Shown here piece after piece: positions 16,688 to 26,735 of a stretch of 64,000 bases of DNA (the stretch's first letter is position 1; every line of letters begins with the position of its first letter). The translations under genes were made by a program, and so were the position numbers. The notes under the pieces were generated by a model. The model worked only from the letters and a program-made list of their open reading frames with translations, searched no databases and had not been told where the DNA came from. Origin of the DNA: Candidatus Zhuqueibacterota bacterium. GTDB taxonomy: Bacteria > Electryoneota > RPQS01. The stretch lies in contig JACRMR010000002.1 of NCBI GenBank assembly GCA_016214895.1, positions 1 through 64,000 of the forward strand, given 5' to 3'.

Positions 16688-18748
16688 ATGGCAAATATGA
16701 CGAAATTTTTCGGCTCGCTTGGGAGCCTGCTCCTGGTCGGTCTGCTGATCGGCTGCACCAGCCCGACGTCCCACAAACCGGAGCCGCCCACCCCGAAGCG
16801 CGACGGCGTACCGCTCGACCGAACGCTGACGGAGATCTTCCCGTCCGCCACGGGCAAGCCGTGGTTGATCGATTCCGACTGGGTGATCGGCCCGGACGAT
16901 GTAGTGCGGATTCACGAGGGTACGGAGTTCATCTTCGACATCAATCCCAGCGACACAATCGGCCCGGTGTGGGTGGACGTGCAAGGTCAGTTGATCGCCG
17001 ATGGCTCGCCCGACGCGCCGATTATCTTCACGACGGCGTTCGTGGACAAGGATCGCGGGCACTGGCGCGGCTTCAAGCTGCGCAACCCCGATCCGGCGCG
17101 CGGGTCCGTGTTCGAACATTGCGTGTTTGAATACGGCGCCTATTTCGACGTGGATACGGTGTCCGATCGCGGGACGGACGCTCAGCTCTATCGCGGGATG
17201 CTCTCGATCATCAACAGCAGCCCGCGCATCGAACGCTGCGTCGTGTACTACAATCAGAACAACGCGGTGTTTATCAGCGGCCAGAACGCGCGGCCGACGA
17301 TCCGGTTCAACATTTTCACGGAAAACGACGCCTCGGCGGTCCGCGCGGATACGCTCGTCGATCTGGACGAGATCGTGCTGGCCTACAACGACGTCGCGGA
17401 CAACTCGGCCATCGCGTTCCTGATGGGTTACGATAGCACGCGATTCGGCAAGTTCACGCAGGTGAATTCGAATCTGGATAGTTGCGACCAGTTCTTCAAC
17501 GTCGAGATCTCGCCGCTGTTTGTCGATGCGCCCAACGGCGATTTCGGGCTGCAACCCTGCTCGCCCGCGATCGATGCCGGTCCAACCGACTCGCCGCAAT
17601 TCAACGATGCGGACGGCACCCGGGCGGACATGGGGATCTCGCCCTATTTGCAATCGCCGGGCGAATTGCGCGGCGTGCTGGCGGGAACGGACATCGTGCT
17701 GGATCCGGCCGTTGCCTATCGCATGTCCTGCGATTTGCGCGTGAATTTCGGACAGACGCTGACGATCCCGGCGGGAACGACCATCGAAATCAACGACGTT
17801 TACGACATCGAAGCGTTCGGTCGAATCCGCTGCATGGGCACCGCCGACAACCCGGTGCGCTTCTGGCGGCAGGGCGGCACGAATTCGTGGGGGACGATGA
17901 CGATTCACGAAGTCGATAGCATGCAACGGCGGCCGGCACCGTGGACCTTCCCCTCCGAGTTCCGCTATACGGAATTCGTCAATTATCAATCGATCAACAT
18001 CGAGAAACCGGGCGCGGTGTTTGAAGCCTGCAAATTCGAGCGCGGCTTCTTCTATGGCGCCTGGGTGAATCTGCCCAGCAAGAACATCGAAGACAGTGTC
18101 AATTTCAGCTATTGCGACTTCCTCGAGTGCGGAGCCTTCGGGCTGGTGATCGCGGAAAGCCCGGCCGGAGTCCGCAACTGCAAAGTCGTGCACGCGAAGG
18201 GGCGCGGGATCACCGTGTGGAAGGGCGGCGACAAGGTCGCGATCTCGAATTGCATCGTCGATGCGTGCAGCACGAGCGGCATCGTCATCGAAGTGCACGC
18301 GCATCCGCTGATTCTCAACAACTCCATTCGCGATTGCGGTTACTACGGACTCCAGATTACCGACCAATCCCGGCCGGTGGTGATGAACACGATCGTCGTC
18401 AACTCGGCACGCTATGGGGTTTACACCTACGCCAGCGCGCTTCCGTATCTGGACTACAACTGCTTCTTCAATAACTACACGCTGGGGAATCAGAATCTGA
18501 ATTTCGGTCCGCCGGAATCCGGCGGCGATACGTTGGATTCGTTCAACGACGTCACGGATAATCCGCTGCTCGGCGCCGATTTCCAGCTGGGAGCCGGTTC
18601 CCCGGCCATTGACGCCGGCAATCCCGAAGCGCCATACAACGACGTGGACGCGTCCCGCAATGACATGGGCGCCTTCGGCGGCCCGCAGGGCGGCCGCGTC
18701 GGTCGGTTCAGTCTGCCCCGCAACCCGCACACCTTGGCCGCCAAATGA
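16688..18748 (+). CDS. right-handed parallel beta-helix repeat lipoprotein
   Basis: Lipobox LLIGC after MANMTKFFGSLGSLLLVG. Repeated beta-helix signatures (NNSIRDCGYYGLQITDQS, CIVDACSTSGIVIEV, NCKVVHAKGRGITV). No terminator between the upstream gene and this one. Confidence 0.7.
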   Translation: MANMTKFFGSLGSLLLVGLLIGCTSPTSHKPEPPTPKRDGVPLDRTLTEIFPSATGKPWLIDSDWVIGPDDVVRIHEGTEFIFDINPSDTIGPVWVDVQGQLIADGSPDAPIIFTTAFVDKDRGHWRGFKLRNPDPARGSVFEHCVFEYGAYFDVDTVSDRGTDAQLYRGMLSIINSSPRIERCVVYYNQNNAVFISGQNARPTIRFNIFTENDASAVRADTLVDLDEIVLAYNDVADNSAIAFLMGYDSTRFGKFTQVNSNLDSCDQFFNVEISPLFVDAPNGDFGLQPCSPAIDAGPTDSPQFNDADGTRADMGISPYLQSPGELRGVLAGTDIVLDPAVAYRMSCDLRVNFGQTLTIPAGTTIEINDVYDIEAFGRIRCMGTADNPVRFWRQGGTNSWGTMTIHEVDSMQRRPAPWTFPSEFRYTEFVNYQSINIEKPGAVFEACKFERGFFYGAWVNLPSKNIEDSVNFSYCDFLECGAFGLVIAESPAGVRNCKVVHAKGRGITVWKGGDKVAISNCIVDACSTSGIVIEVHAHPLILNNSIRDCGYYGLQITDQSRPVVMNTIVVNSARYGVYTYASALPYLDYNCFFNNYTLGNQNLNFGPPESGGDTLDSFNDVTDNPLLGADFQLGAGSPAIDAGNPEAPYNDVDASRNDMGAFGGPQGGRVGRFSLPRNPHTLAAK

Positions 18749-18810
18749 GTCATCGATTCGAACAAACGGGCTGGCACGCTGCTTTGAGTCCGATGGGAGG
18801 TTTGACTTCT

Positions 18811-21756
18811 ATGCACAGGAACATGAAGGTCGGTCTCATGCTGGCCGCCCTCGCGCTCGGCTGGTCGTCAACGGCGCTCGCGCGCAATGACGCCTTCAAT
18901 CCGGATCGCGTACGCGGCCCGGTCCGGCCCGCGGTCAGCAACCCGAATATTGAGAACCGCGTCCACGACAAAGGCCGGATGTGCATGAACGTCACCAACT
19001 ACGGGTACTTCGGCAACTCCGACCCGTCACAGGACGCCCTGCCCAACCCGTGCCCGCCGGGCAACTGGGCCGAACAGTGCGAGTATCCCTGCGGCGGCGA
19101 TCAGAACTATCTGTATCAGGCCGGGCTGTGGATCGGCGCACTGATTGTCGAAGAGGGCTTTGAAACCAAGCGCGTCAGCGTCGGCGTGGACGGCTGGCTG
19201 AATCCGTCGGTCAACGAGTTCTGGCCGGGGGAAGGCTCGGCGGGCGGAATTACCGAGCGGTCGATCCGTCCCGGTTCGACGAACTGTCTCGGCGTGATGG
19301 TCAGCGATCCCGCGGCCGTCTCCGACCAGGATTTCATCGCCGCGATGGCCGATACACTGCGCGACGATTTCTGGCTGACCGACGATCCGGTCGATGGTAA
19401 ACACAGGCCGCTCGGTCTGAAAATTACGCAGACATCCTATTCCTTCAGTCAGGCGTTCGCGGAAGATTTCATCCTGATTGACTACGAAATCGAGAATATC
19501 GCCTCGAACTTCCTGAAGAACGTGTATGTCGGTCTGTATGTCGATGCCGATGTCGGCGACAAGAACCTCTTCAACGAGCATACAGACGACATCTGCGGGT
19601 TCCGCCGGTCCACACGCGAGGCGTCGCCGAATGGCGAAGACGTGCTCGTGCCGATCGACGTGGCCTGGATTGCCGATAACGACGGGCGTCCGTCAACGCG
19701 GGGCAGCGGAGCGCTGACGTGTCCGAATGTGACCGGAACGCGAGTAATTCGCGGGCCGAATCCGCGGCTCGAGACCTCATTCAATTGGTGGATATCGAAC
19801 AGCGACCAGTCATTGGACTTCGGACCGTTCTGGGATATCCACTGCGATAATCCGCTCGATCCGCTCTATTGGAACCGCACGCTCGGCACCCCGATGGGTG
19901 ACGAACACAAGTATCAGATTCTGAGCAATACGGAGTTTGATCCGGATCAACTCTGGGTCTGCGATATGGCCGCCGCGCCGCCGCAAATCATCGATCCGCC
20001 GGGAGGGAATCCCGATGATACCGTCCGAACGTGGGCCGTGTGCGACCCGTCCACCGAACAAGCGGATATCTGCAACGGCTACGATACGCGCTACCTGCTG
20101 TCCTGGGGGCCGCTCGGGATTCGTGACTATCAGGACCAGACCGGTCGGTGGATCTACCGCCTGAATCCGGGCGAGAAGTTCAATATGACCATCGCCTACG
20201 TCGGCGGCGAGAATTTCCACGATCCGACGCATCCGCAGAACGGCAATGAAGTCATCGACTCCACGCTGTTCAATTTCGCCGATCTCGAATTGAATGCGCG
20301 GTGGTCGAAAGATGTCTATGACAACCGCGGGACCGATACCCCGCAGTGGGACTGGGGTAACGATCACATTGACGGCACGGCGGATGATGACGGCAGCGAG
20401 GGCGATGGCATCCTGGATACCGGTGACGGCTGGTACGGGGAAGACGTCGGGAATGACGGCCTCTACACCGAAGTGCCCTCCGGTTTCCGGCCCGGTATCG
20501 ACAGCGTCGTCGTGACCTATTGGAAGGGTACGCGCTGGGAGAAATTTGCCGGATATTATCGCGGTCCGGATGCGGGTGAACGTGACGGCATCATTTCCGC
20601 CGTCAATAACAGCTTCTTGTTCCCGGAAACGGGAGGCGCGGGCACTGAAGACGGAATTATTCCCTTCGATCTGGCCTACGAGCATCCCGTCTATCGTTAC
20701 TGGGATATGGGGTGGATGAGCGGGAACGGGTTGCTGGACCAAGGGGACGGTTTGCCGGACTTCACGGGTCCGCCTCCGCCGCGACTCCCCGCGCTGTTGC
20801 ATTGTGTGGAGAACACCAGCAACGCTTCCGCGCATCTGGGCGGCGTGGTGCGATCTCAACAGAACGGCACTTGCTTTACCGGCGGTCTGGGCTATGAACT
20901 CCTCAACACGGCGGTCACCCTGCGCTGGTCCAAACGCGCATCGGAAGACCCGGACTACGTGGATCCGTTCTCCCGCGTGCAGGACTTTGAAGGCTATCGT
21001 ATTCATCGCGGCACGACACCGTTGGATACGTCGTTCTCCTTGCTCGCCGAATACGACCTGATCGACTTTGCCTACTTCTCGTCCACGGATTCGATGATGA
21101 CGATTCCGATCGTCACCACGCGTCCCGATACGCTGCCGCAGGATACGACGATTCTCGAAGTTCAGGGCACGCTCAAGCCCTATGGCAACAACACCGGACT
21201 GCAAGATATCATCCGCGACGACTCGACGTATCAATTCACCGAGTCCGCGCATCCGCTGGCGCCGCTGTACTACTCGGTGACGGCGTTCGACTTCGGAGAT
21301 CCGAAATCCGGGTTAGGCTCGCTGGAAACCCGTCCGACCGCCAACGCCGTGCTGCTGGCTCCTGCCGGCACACCCAAAGAGCCGGTCAAGGTCGTGCCGA
21401 ATCCCTACCGTGCGTATGAAGACTACACGGTGTCCTCGCTGGGAATCAGCTGGGAAAATCAGAATGACGGGACCAAAGACTTCTACGCGCAGCAGGATCG
21501 TCGCATCGAGTTCATCAATCTGCCGGAGAAGTGCCTGATCCGCGTGTTCACGACCGCCGGGGACCTGGTCCAGATTATTCCTCACAATACCGACGGTGAC
21601 AAGAGCGCCTGGGCGTCGATGGCTTCTGAACGCTGGGACCTCAACTCGCGCAATCGTCAACAGGTCGTTTCGGGGATCTACCTGTACTCCGTCGAAAACC
21701 TGACCGACGGTCATGGTTACGAAATCGAGACCGGCAAATTCGTTATCATCCGCTAA
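18811..21756 (+). CDS. large secreted protein (~980 aa) with a CTD-like C-terminal beta-sandwich; candidate PorU-like partner of the downstream PorV-family protein
   Basis: Signal peptide MHRNMKVGLMLAALALGWSSTALA. C-terminus ...CLIRVFTTAGDLVQII...SGIYLYSVENLTDGHGYEIETGKFVIIR resembles a T9SS CTD. It sits immediately upstream of the PorV-like gene. The PorU role is inference from synteny only. The ATG at 18745, overlapping the upstream stop (ATGA), is an alternative start. Confidence 0.55.
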   Translation: MHRNMKVGLMLAALALGWSSTALARNDAFNPDRVRGPVRPAVSNPNIENRVHDKGRMCMNVTNYGYFGNSDPSQDALPNPCPPGNWAEQCEYPCGGDQNYLYQAGLWIGALIVEEGFETKRVSVGVDGWLNPSVNEFWPGEGSAGGITERSIRPGSTNCLGVMVSDPAAVSDQDFIAAMADTLRDDFWLTDDPVDGKHRPLGLKITQTSYSFSQAFAEDFILIDYEIENIASNFLKNVYVGLYVDADVGDKNLFNEHTDDICGFRRSTREASPNGEDVLVPIDVAWIADNDGRPSTRGSGALTCPNVTGTRVIRGPNPRLETSFNWWISNSDQSLDFGPFWDIHCDNPLDPLYWNRTLGTPMGDEHKYQILSNTEFDPDQLWVCDMAAAPPQIIDPPGGNPDDTVRTWAVCDPSTEQADICNGYDTRYLLSWGPLGIRDYQDQTGRWIYRLNPGEKFNMTIAYVGGENFHDPTHPQNGNEVIDSTLFNFADLELNARWSKDVYDNRGTDTPQWDWGNDHIDGTADDDGSEGDGILDTGDGWYGEDVGNDGLYTEVPSGFRPGIDSVVVTYWKGTRWEKFAGYYRGPDAGERDGIISAVNNSFLFPETGGAGTEDGIIPFDLAYEHPVYRYWDMGWMSGNGLLDQGDGLPDFTGPPPPRLPALLHCVENTSNASAHLGGVVRSQQNGTCFTGGLGYELLNTAVTLRWSKRASEDPDYVDPFSRVQDFEGYRIHRGTTPLDTSFSLLAEYDLIDFAYFSSTDSMMTIPIVTTRPDTLPQDTTILEVQGTLKPYGNNTGLQDIIRDDSTYQFTESAHPLAPLYYSVTAFDFGDPKSGLGSLETRPTANAVLLAPAGTPKEPVKVVPNPYRAYEDYTVSSLGISWENQNDGTKDFYAQQDRRIEFINLPEKCLIRVFTTAGDLVQIIPHNTDGDKSAWASMASERWDLNSRNRQQVVSGIYLYSVENLTDGHGYEIETGKFVIIR

Positions 21757-21821
21757 GCCGTGGCCAATCCCCTCAACCCAATCAACGCTCCTGCATCCTT
21801 GATATACGGAAGGATTCTCCC

Positions 21822-22907
21822 ATGATGCGATGGACTTCCCTTGCTCTTCTTGCCGCGCTGTGTCTCCTGCCGGAATTCGGCTGGGCACAGGCCAAAGTGG
21901 GAACCGCCGGTGTGCAGTTTCTTAAGATCAGCCCGAGCTGCCGAGCGGTCGGAATGGGCGAAGCGTATGTGGCCGTCGCCAACGACGCCTCCGCTATTTT
22001 CCATAACCCGGGCGCGCTGGCCCGGATCGCGGAACCGCATGCCACGCTCAGCTATATCGATTACGCCGCGGGTTTGCAGTATGGCTATATCGGAATGTCG
22101 CAACCGATGAAGAAACTGAACGGAACGGTCGCCGCCTCCGTGGTCTATCTGACCACGGACGAAATGGAAGAGACGACGTCCCTCCAGCCACAAGGTACGG
22201 GCCGGACGTTCACCGCGGGCGACATGGCCGTCGGACTCAGCTACAGCCAGCAACTGACGAACAAGTTCTCGGTCGGCGGAACGCTGAAAGTCATCAATGA
22301 ATCGCTCGCCGACAAGTCCGCGACCGGTTGGGGCGCCGATCTCGGGACGTACTATTACACCGGCTGGCGCAGCGTCCGGCTGGCGATGTTGACCTCGAAT
22401 TTCGGTCCGGACATGAACTTCGTGGACAATCCGTTCCCGCTGCCGATGAATTTCACGTTCGGCATGGCCGGCTACATCATGAACTCCGGTCCGCGCGATT
22501 TCTGGACCGGCTCCGATTCGGTCGGTTGCCATGCCGTGCTGCTGTCGGGCGCCTGGTCGCATCCCAACGACAACCTTGAAGTCTATAATGTCGGGCTCGA
22601 ATACGGTTTCGCGAATTCGGCCTTCCTGCGCTTCGGCAAAAAGATAAACGGCCTGACCCGCAAAGGTTGGGACGAATATCAGCGCAAGATCGAAGCCGGG
22701 GAAGACGCGACGAGCGAGAACCCGTTTTATGAGTATCCGCTGTTCTCGAAAACCGGAAAGTTCTTCCAGAACGGCGCCTCGGTCGGCGCCGGACTGAAGT
22801 TCGACAAGATAGGACTGACCATTGACTATGCCTTCAACGGCATCGCCTATCTCGACAACATCCACCGGTTTTCGCTCGGGTACCGTTTCAACCGACCGCT
22901 GTTTTGA
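21822..22907 (+). CDS. PorV/PorQ-family T9SS outer-membrane beta-barrel protein (361 aa)
   Basis: Signal peptide. N-terminal motif AGVQFLKISPSCRAVGMGEAYVAVANDASAIFHNPGALA parallels the PorV family signature PFLxIxPDARsGGMGDAGVA...NPA. C-terminal aromatic end. Confidence 0.7.
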   Translation: MMRWTSLALLAALCLLPEFGWAQAKVGTAGVQFLKISPSCRAVGMGEAYVAVANDASAIFHNPGALARIAEPHATLSYIDYAAGLQYGYIGMSQPMKKLNGTVAASVVYLTTDEMEETTSLQPQGTGRTFTAGDMAVGLSYSQQLTNKFSVGGTLKVINESLADKSATGWGADLGTYYYTGWRSVRLAMLTSNFGPDMNFVDNPFPLPMNFTFGMAGYIMNSGPRDFWTGSDSVGCHAVLLSGAWSHPNDNLEVYNVGLEYGFANSAFLRFGKKINGLTRKGWDEYQRKIEAGEDATSENPFYEYPLFSKTGKFFQNGASVGAGLKFDKIGLTIDYAFNGIAYLDNIHRFSLGYRFNRPLF

Positions 22908-22930
22908 TCCGCGACCTCAGGAGATCCCCC

Positions 22931-25141
22931 ATGAGAAACACAAAATACTTCCTTGCGGCTTGCGCGGTGCTGATTGCGGTATTCGTCTTTGATGGCTGTG
23001 ACCGCCTAACCGGCGACGCGAACCCGAATGCCGCCCCCGACGTCCGATTCGTGAATACCCCGATGGATACGTCCACCTTCAATTATGCCCCGATCGTGTA
23101 CTGGATTGGTTACGATTCGGACGGTCTGATCAGCGGCTACGAGTACTACGACGACTCGACCGAAGCCGCGCGCGAGGCCTATCGGCAGGATCGCACGACG
23201 CCGGGAACCTTGAAAGCCTACATCGACGCGATCCCGGCGGACGACTGGGTGCGCACGTCACGCACGCAAGAGACGATCTATCTCGGAACGGCCGCCGGAG
23301 AAACGAAGGAACACGTCTTTATCGTGCGGGCGATCGACGACAAAGAAGCGCGCTCGCTGCCCAAAGTGCGCACGTATTTCCGCACCAACGTAGCGCCCGA
23401 CCCGCCGCTCGTCAAGTGGTCGCAGTCGGCGGACGAGGTCGCATTTGCCCGCGTTATCGTGATTGCGGAGACGCTGTTCTGGGGCGATACGGTCAGCACG
23501 ACCTATCCCGGAATCGAGTTTCTCTGGCAAGGCAATGATGCCGACAGCCGCGACCTCAATATCATTCCCCTCGAATTCAGCTATGCGCTCGTGCGCTTGC
23601 CGAACGACACGATCCCGCACCCGATCTACGGTGACAGCCTGAATATTGTCGGCTACGAAGGCGGCTGGAGTCCGTGGTCGGAGGACGCCTCCGTTGTGTT
23701 CTTTGGCCAGGAAACGGGTGACTACGTGCTAACGTTGCGTGTGCGCGATGACGGCTTGACCCTGTGCCATCCTGATTCCTTCGCCTACGCGTATTTCAAG
23801 GCCATCAAGCCGACGTTCGCGTACCAGTTGCTGATCGTAGACGAAACGTCGATCCCCACCAACAACGAACTCAATCTGTTCGGCGCGCGCAATGCCGACT
23901 CCGTGATGGCCTTCTACTACGACCTCGTGCCGCAGGCGTTTCACATCGCCGAGCTGTTCAGGTCGATGGCGTATGATTCGCTGATCCCGACGCCGTTTGA
24001 GGACTACGAGATTCAACCGGCCGGAAGTGGCGCGCAGGTGCAGGAGTTCGACAACAAGAACGTCAACGATGGACACACGATTCCGTATGGCTTGATCGGA
24101 CAGTTCAAGTGGGTGTGGGTCATTCACGATAACAATGCCAACAATACGGATGACATCGGTGTGGACGCCCGTCAGCACGTGATGGACCGTTACCTCCGAG
24201 TCGGCGGGCAGATCATGCTGTCGGGACGACGCCTGTTTTCCGGTGGGTACCTGCTGGCCGAAGGCGGCGAACAACCGCTTTCCGCGCAGGACAACGGCAC
24301 GTTCTTCACGACGTTTTTCAACCTCAATACGGTGTCCGCCAAGTCGCAATGGGGGACCGCGCAACCGCCACCCGAATTCTCGGGAGCTACGACGTCGAAC
24401 ACCTTCCTGCCCGACCTGAAGGTTGACACCGCGGTCTGTGCATCGCTCAACTGGCGGGGTCGGCATTTCCCGAATCTCACGGAAATCGACTACTTCAGCC
24501 GGGCGACCAGTCAGACCAGCTACGACCTTTCGCTCACGCTCTACGATTACAACTCGGCAACCCGTGATGCGAGCTACGACACCACGAACGTGGACTGCAG
24601 AGTGCACGCGTCCTCGCCGTCCGTGGCCTACCTGCAGCCGGCGCCCGGCCACAACATCATTTTCCAGGTGGACCGGATTTTCAACGTGACGCGGGATGTC
24701 TATGCGCAGTTCCTCTGGATGGACCATGGCGGACCGTTTGACTCCGCCAGAATCGTTTGTTCGACACCCGAGCAGGCGGGTGCGTGGCTGACCAGCGATT
24801 CGCTTCAAGTTGACTACGTTTTCAGCCCGATCTCGGTGAATCACAACAAGCCGGTGGCCTGTCACTTCCAGAAGCATGAAGTGGTGCAGACTCGTGATCC
24901 GCGAAATCCGAACGCCTTTCTCTTCCAGTTGGCCGTGTTGTACCGGACATCGCTATTTACCTTCCCGTTCTCCTTCCTGGATACCACCGAGCAGGAGATC
25001 CTGCCGCAATTCGGACCGATGAATCCGGTAGCGTATATGGTCGCGAACGAGATCATCAACTTCAATTTGCCGCGAAATCTCGGTGATTTCAATTTTGATT
25101 TCAGCCGAGACCGCCCCGGTCCGGTCGGCCCGGTGCGATGA
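22931..25141 (+). CDS. hypothetical lipoprotein (737 aa), last gene of the 12-kb operon
   Basis: SD AGGAGA 10 nt upstream. Signal peptide MRNTKYFLAACAVLIAVFVFDGC with Cys. No recognisable catalytic motif. Confidence 0.7.
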   Translation: MRNTKYFLAACAVLIAVFVFDGCDRLTGDANPNAAPDVRFVNTPMDTSTFNYAPIVYWIGYDSDGLISGYEYYDDSTEAAREAYRQDRTTPGTLKAYIDAIPADDWVRTSRTQETIYLGTAAGETKEHVFIVRAIDDKEARSLPKVRTYFRTNVAPDPPLVKWSQSADEVAFARVIVIAETLFWGDTVSTTYPGIEFLWQGNDADSRDLNIIPLEFSYALVRLPNDTIPHPIYGDSLNIVGYEGGWSPWSEDASVVFFGQETGDYVLTLRVRDDGLTLCHPDSFAYAYFKAIKPTFAYQLLIVDETSIPTNNELNLFGARNADSVMAFYYDLVPQAFHIAELFRSMAYDSLIPTPFEDYEIQPAGSGAQVQEFDNKNVNDGHTIPYGLIGQFKWVWVIHDNNANNTDDIGVDARQHVMDRYLRVGGQIMLSGRRLFSGGYLLAEGGEQPLSAQDNGTFFTTFFNLNTVSAKSQWGTAQPPPEFSGATTSNTFLPDLKVDTAVCASLNWRGRHFPNLTEIDYFSRATSQTSYDLSLTLYDYNSATRDASYDTTNVDCRVHASSPSVAYLQPAPGHNIIFQVDRIFNVTRDVYAQFLWMDHGGPFDSARIVCSTPEQAGAWLTSDSLQVDYVFSPISVNHNKPVACHFQKHEVVQTRDPRNPNAFLFQLAVLYRTSLFTFPFSFLDTTEQEILPQFGPMNPVAYMVANEIINFNLPRNLGDFNFDFSRDRPGPVGPVR

Positions 25142-25172
25142 GGGCGCCTACGCCGTAACAGACGACGAACAA

Positions 25173-25209
25173 AGGCCGCGGGCAACAGCCCCGCGGCCTC
25201 TCTCTTCAT
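25173..25209 (+). terminator. hairpin GGCCGCGGG-caacag-CCCGCGGCC followed by TCTCTCTTCAT; probable operon-end terminator
   Basis: 9-bp perfect stem. The U-tract is interrupted by C, hence moderate confidence. Confidence 0.45.
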
Positions 25210-25219
25210 AAACTCCGGG

Positions 25220-26722
25220 ATGATGCTGAAGCGCTGGAATACGTATCGTGTGCTATGGTCGCTGCTCGTGCTGCCGGCCGCATGGTTTGGACCGGAGCAC
25301 GGGAGTTGGTCGCTGGAGGATCAGTTGCGCCGATTGGACTTCTGCACGCACGGCGACTCGCTCGCGCGGACGCATAATTCCGTGGTCGTCGCGGATCTGG
25401 GAGTGACACCGCTGGCGACGGCCTTGCATCGCGGCGCGCACGCGTTCGGGGAGCGCCCGTATCGCCTGCTCTTTGCGATAATTGCGGTCGGCGCCGGGTG
25501 GCTCTGTGCCGCCGGCGGTTATGCCGCGGCCTGGTTGCTGATCCCGCTCACCCTGTCGGCGATCATCCCCGGTGAATACGGGCTGACGCTACTGCTGGTC
25601 TGGCCGTTACTCTATCTGCTGACGCGCGACAAGCGTCCGGGAGCGGCTCAGATCGCCGTGGCAGCCGTGGCCGGCGCCGTGGCCACCGCGCTGTCGCCGC
25701 TGCTAATTCCCGTCATCGTAATTCTGCTGTTTCAGGCGGGAGCCCGCGGCTGGTCCCGCGAGGCGATCATCGCGGCAGGCTGCTGGGGCATCGTGGCTTC
25801 TTTCCTCAGCGCGGAATTCGCGTCGCACCTGCCGCTCTTTGCCGCTCCGTCCGGCGAGAGCATCTTGATGAACTTGAGACGGGTCGCGGGAATGGATTCT
25901 GACCCAGTTTGGTCGGGAGTCGTGCTTGCGAGCTGGCTGATGGGCACGTTGCTCATGACTCGCAACGGGACGGTTCCGCGAACGGCCGGCGGCGGGTTGC
26001 TTGCCGTCGGCTTCGGTGTATTTCAGCACCGGTTGTGGAGTGCAGCCTTGACCTCTGGGCAGATTGACGGGCAGATCTCGCTGCTCGCGCTTGCGCCGTG
26101 GATCCTGCTCGCGGGATTGCCGCCCTATCGACGGCGTCCGACAGGCGTCGCGCTGCTGCTGGCACTCCTGTTTGGCGTGCTGGCATTGCGGATACCCGAA
26201 GACCCGCAGGCACTGCCGGTGGCTGCCGCCGTTCTGCTGCCGCTCTGGCTCATCGATCTCAAAAAAAATGGCCGCGATCGCGGCCCGGCATTTGTCAGTT
26301 TGTTGCTGCTGACCGCGCTGAATACGGCCGCGTTTTCCGCCATCGTATATGACCGCGCGCAGGCCACAGCGGATCACGTCCGGCTGCTCGAACCCCGAGC
26401 GGGTTCACCGCTCGTCATTTCACCGCCTAAACTCGGCTTCGAGGTGGCGCCGCTCTGGCGGCAGCGGGAGATCTACGGTGCGCATGACCGCGATCAACTG
26501 CTGGCGACCGCGCTCGAGTTTCGCCAGACCCACGTGGACACGTTCTATCTCCTGCTCGATGCGCACTATCCGCTGTATGTCGAGACCTTCCCGGGTGGAA
26601 AACCCGCCTGGCCGACGCAGATGACCGTTACCAACGGCGGTACAATCCATCGCACGCAGCGCCGGCTCTACCAACTCGTCACCAACCCGACGGATTCACT
26701 CTGGCAGCAGTGGGAGCAGTGA
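25220..26722 (+). CDS. polytopic integral membrane protein (500 aa), possibly GT-C-type glycosyltransferase-like; hypothetical
   Basis: About 10 predicted hydrophobic helices. No soluble catalytic motif recognised. Confidence 0.65.
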   Translation: MMLKRWNTYRVLWSLLVLPAAWFGPEHGSWSLEDQLRRLDFCTHGDSLARTHNSVVVADLGVTPLATALHRGAHAFGERPYRLLFAIIAVGAGWLCAAGGYAAAWLLIPLTLSAIIPGEYGLTLLLVWPLLYLLTRDKRPGAAQIAVAAVAGAVATALSPLLIPVIVILLFQAGARGWSREAIIAAGCWGIVASFLSAEFASHLPLFAAPSGESILMNLRRVAGMDSDPVWSGVVLASWLMGTLLMTRNGTVPRTAGGGLLAVGFGVFQHRLWSAALTSGQIDGQISLLALAPWILLAGLPPYRRRPTGVALLLALLFGVLALRIPEDPQALPVAAAVLLPLWLIDLKKNGRDRGPAFVSLLLLTALNTAAFSAIVYDRAQATADHVRLLEPRAGSPLVISPPKLGFEVAPLWRQREIYGAHDRDQLLATALEFRQTHVDTFYLLLDAHYPLYVETFPGGKPAWPTQMTVTNGGTIHRTQRRLYQLVTNPTDSLWQQWEQ

Positions 26723-26735
26723 GTTGCATGGGTGA

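Noticed and set aside
18745-18810. Start of the 1003-aa ORF at 18745 (ATGA overlap with the upstream stop)
   Set aside because: Possible through translational coupling, but the segment MSHRFEQTGWHAALSPMGGLTS precedes a textbook signal peptide beginning at 18811 that has a GGGAGG motif upstream. The shorter start is preferred, with low certainty.
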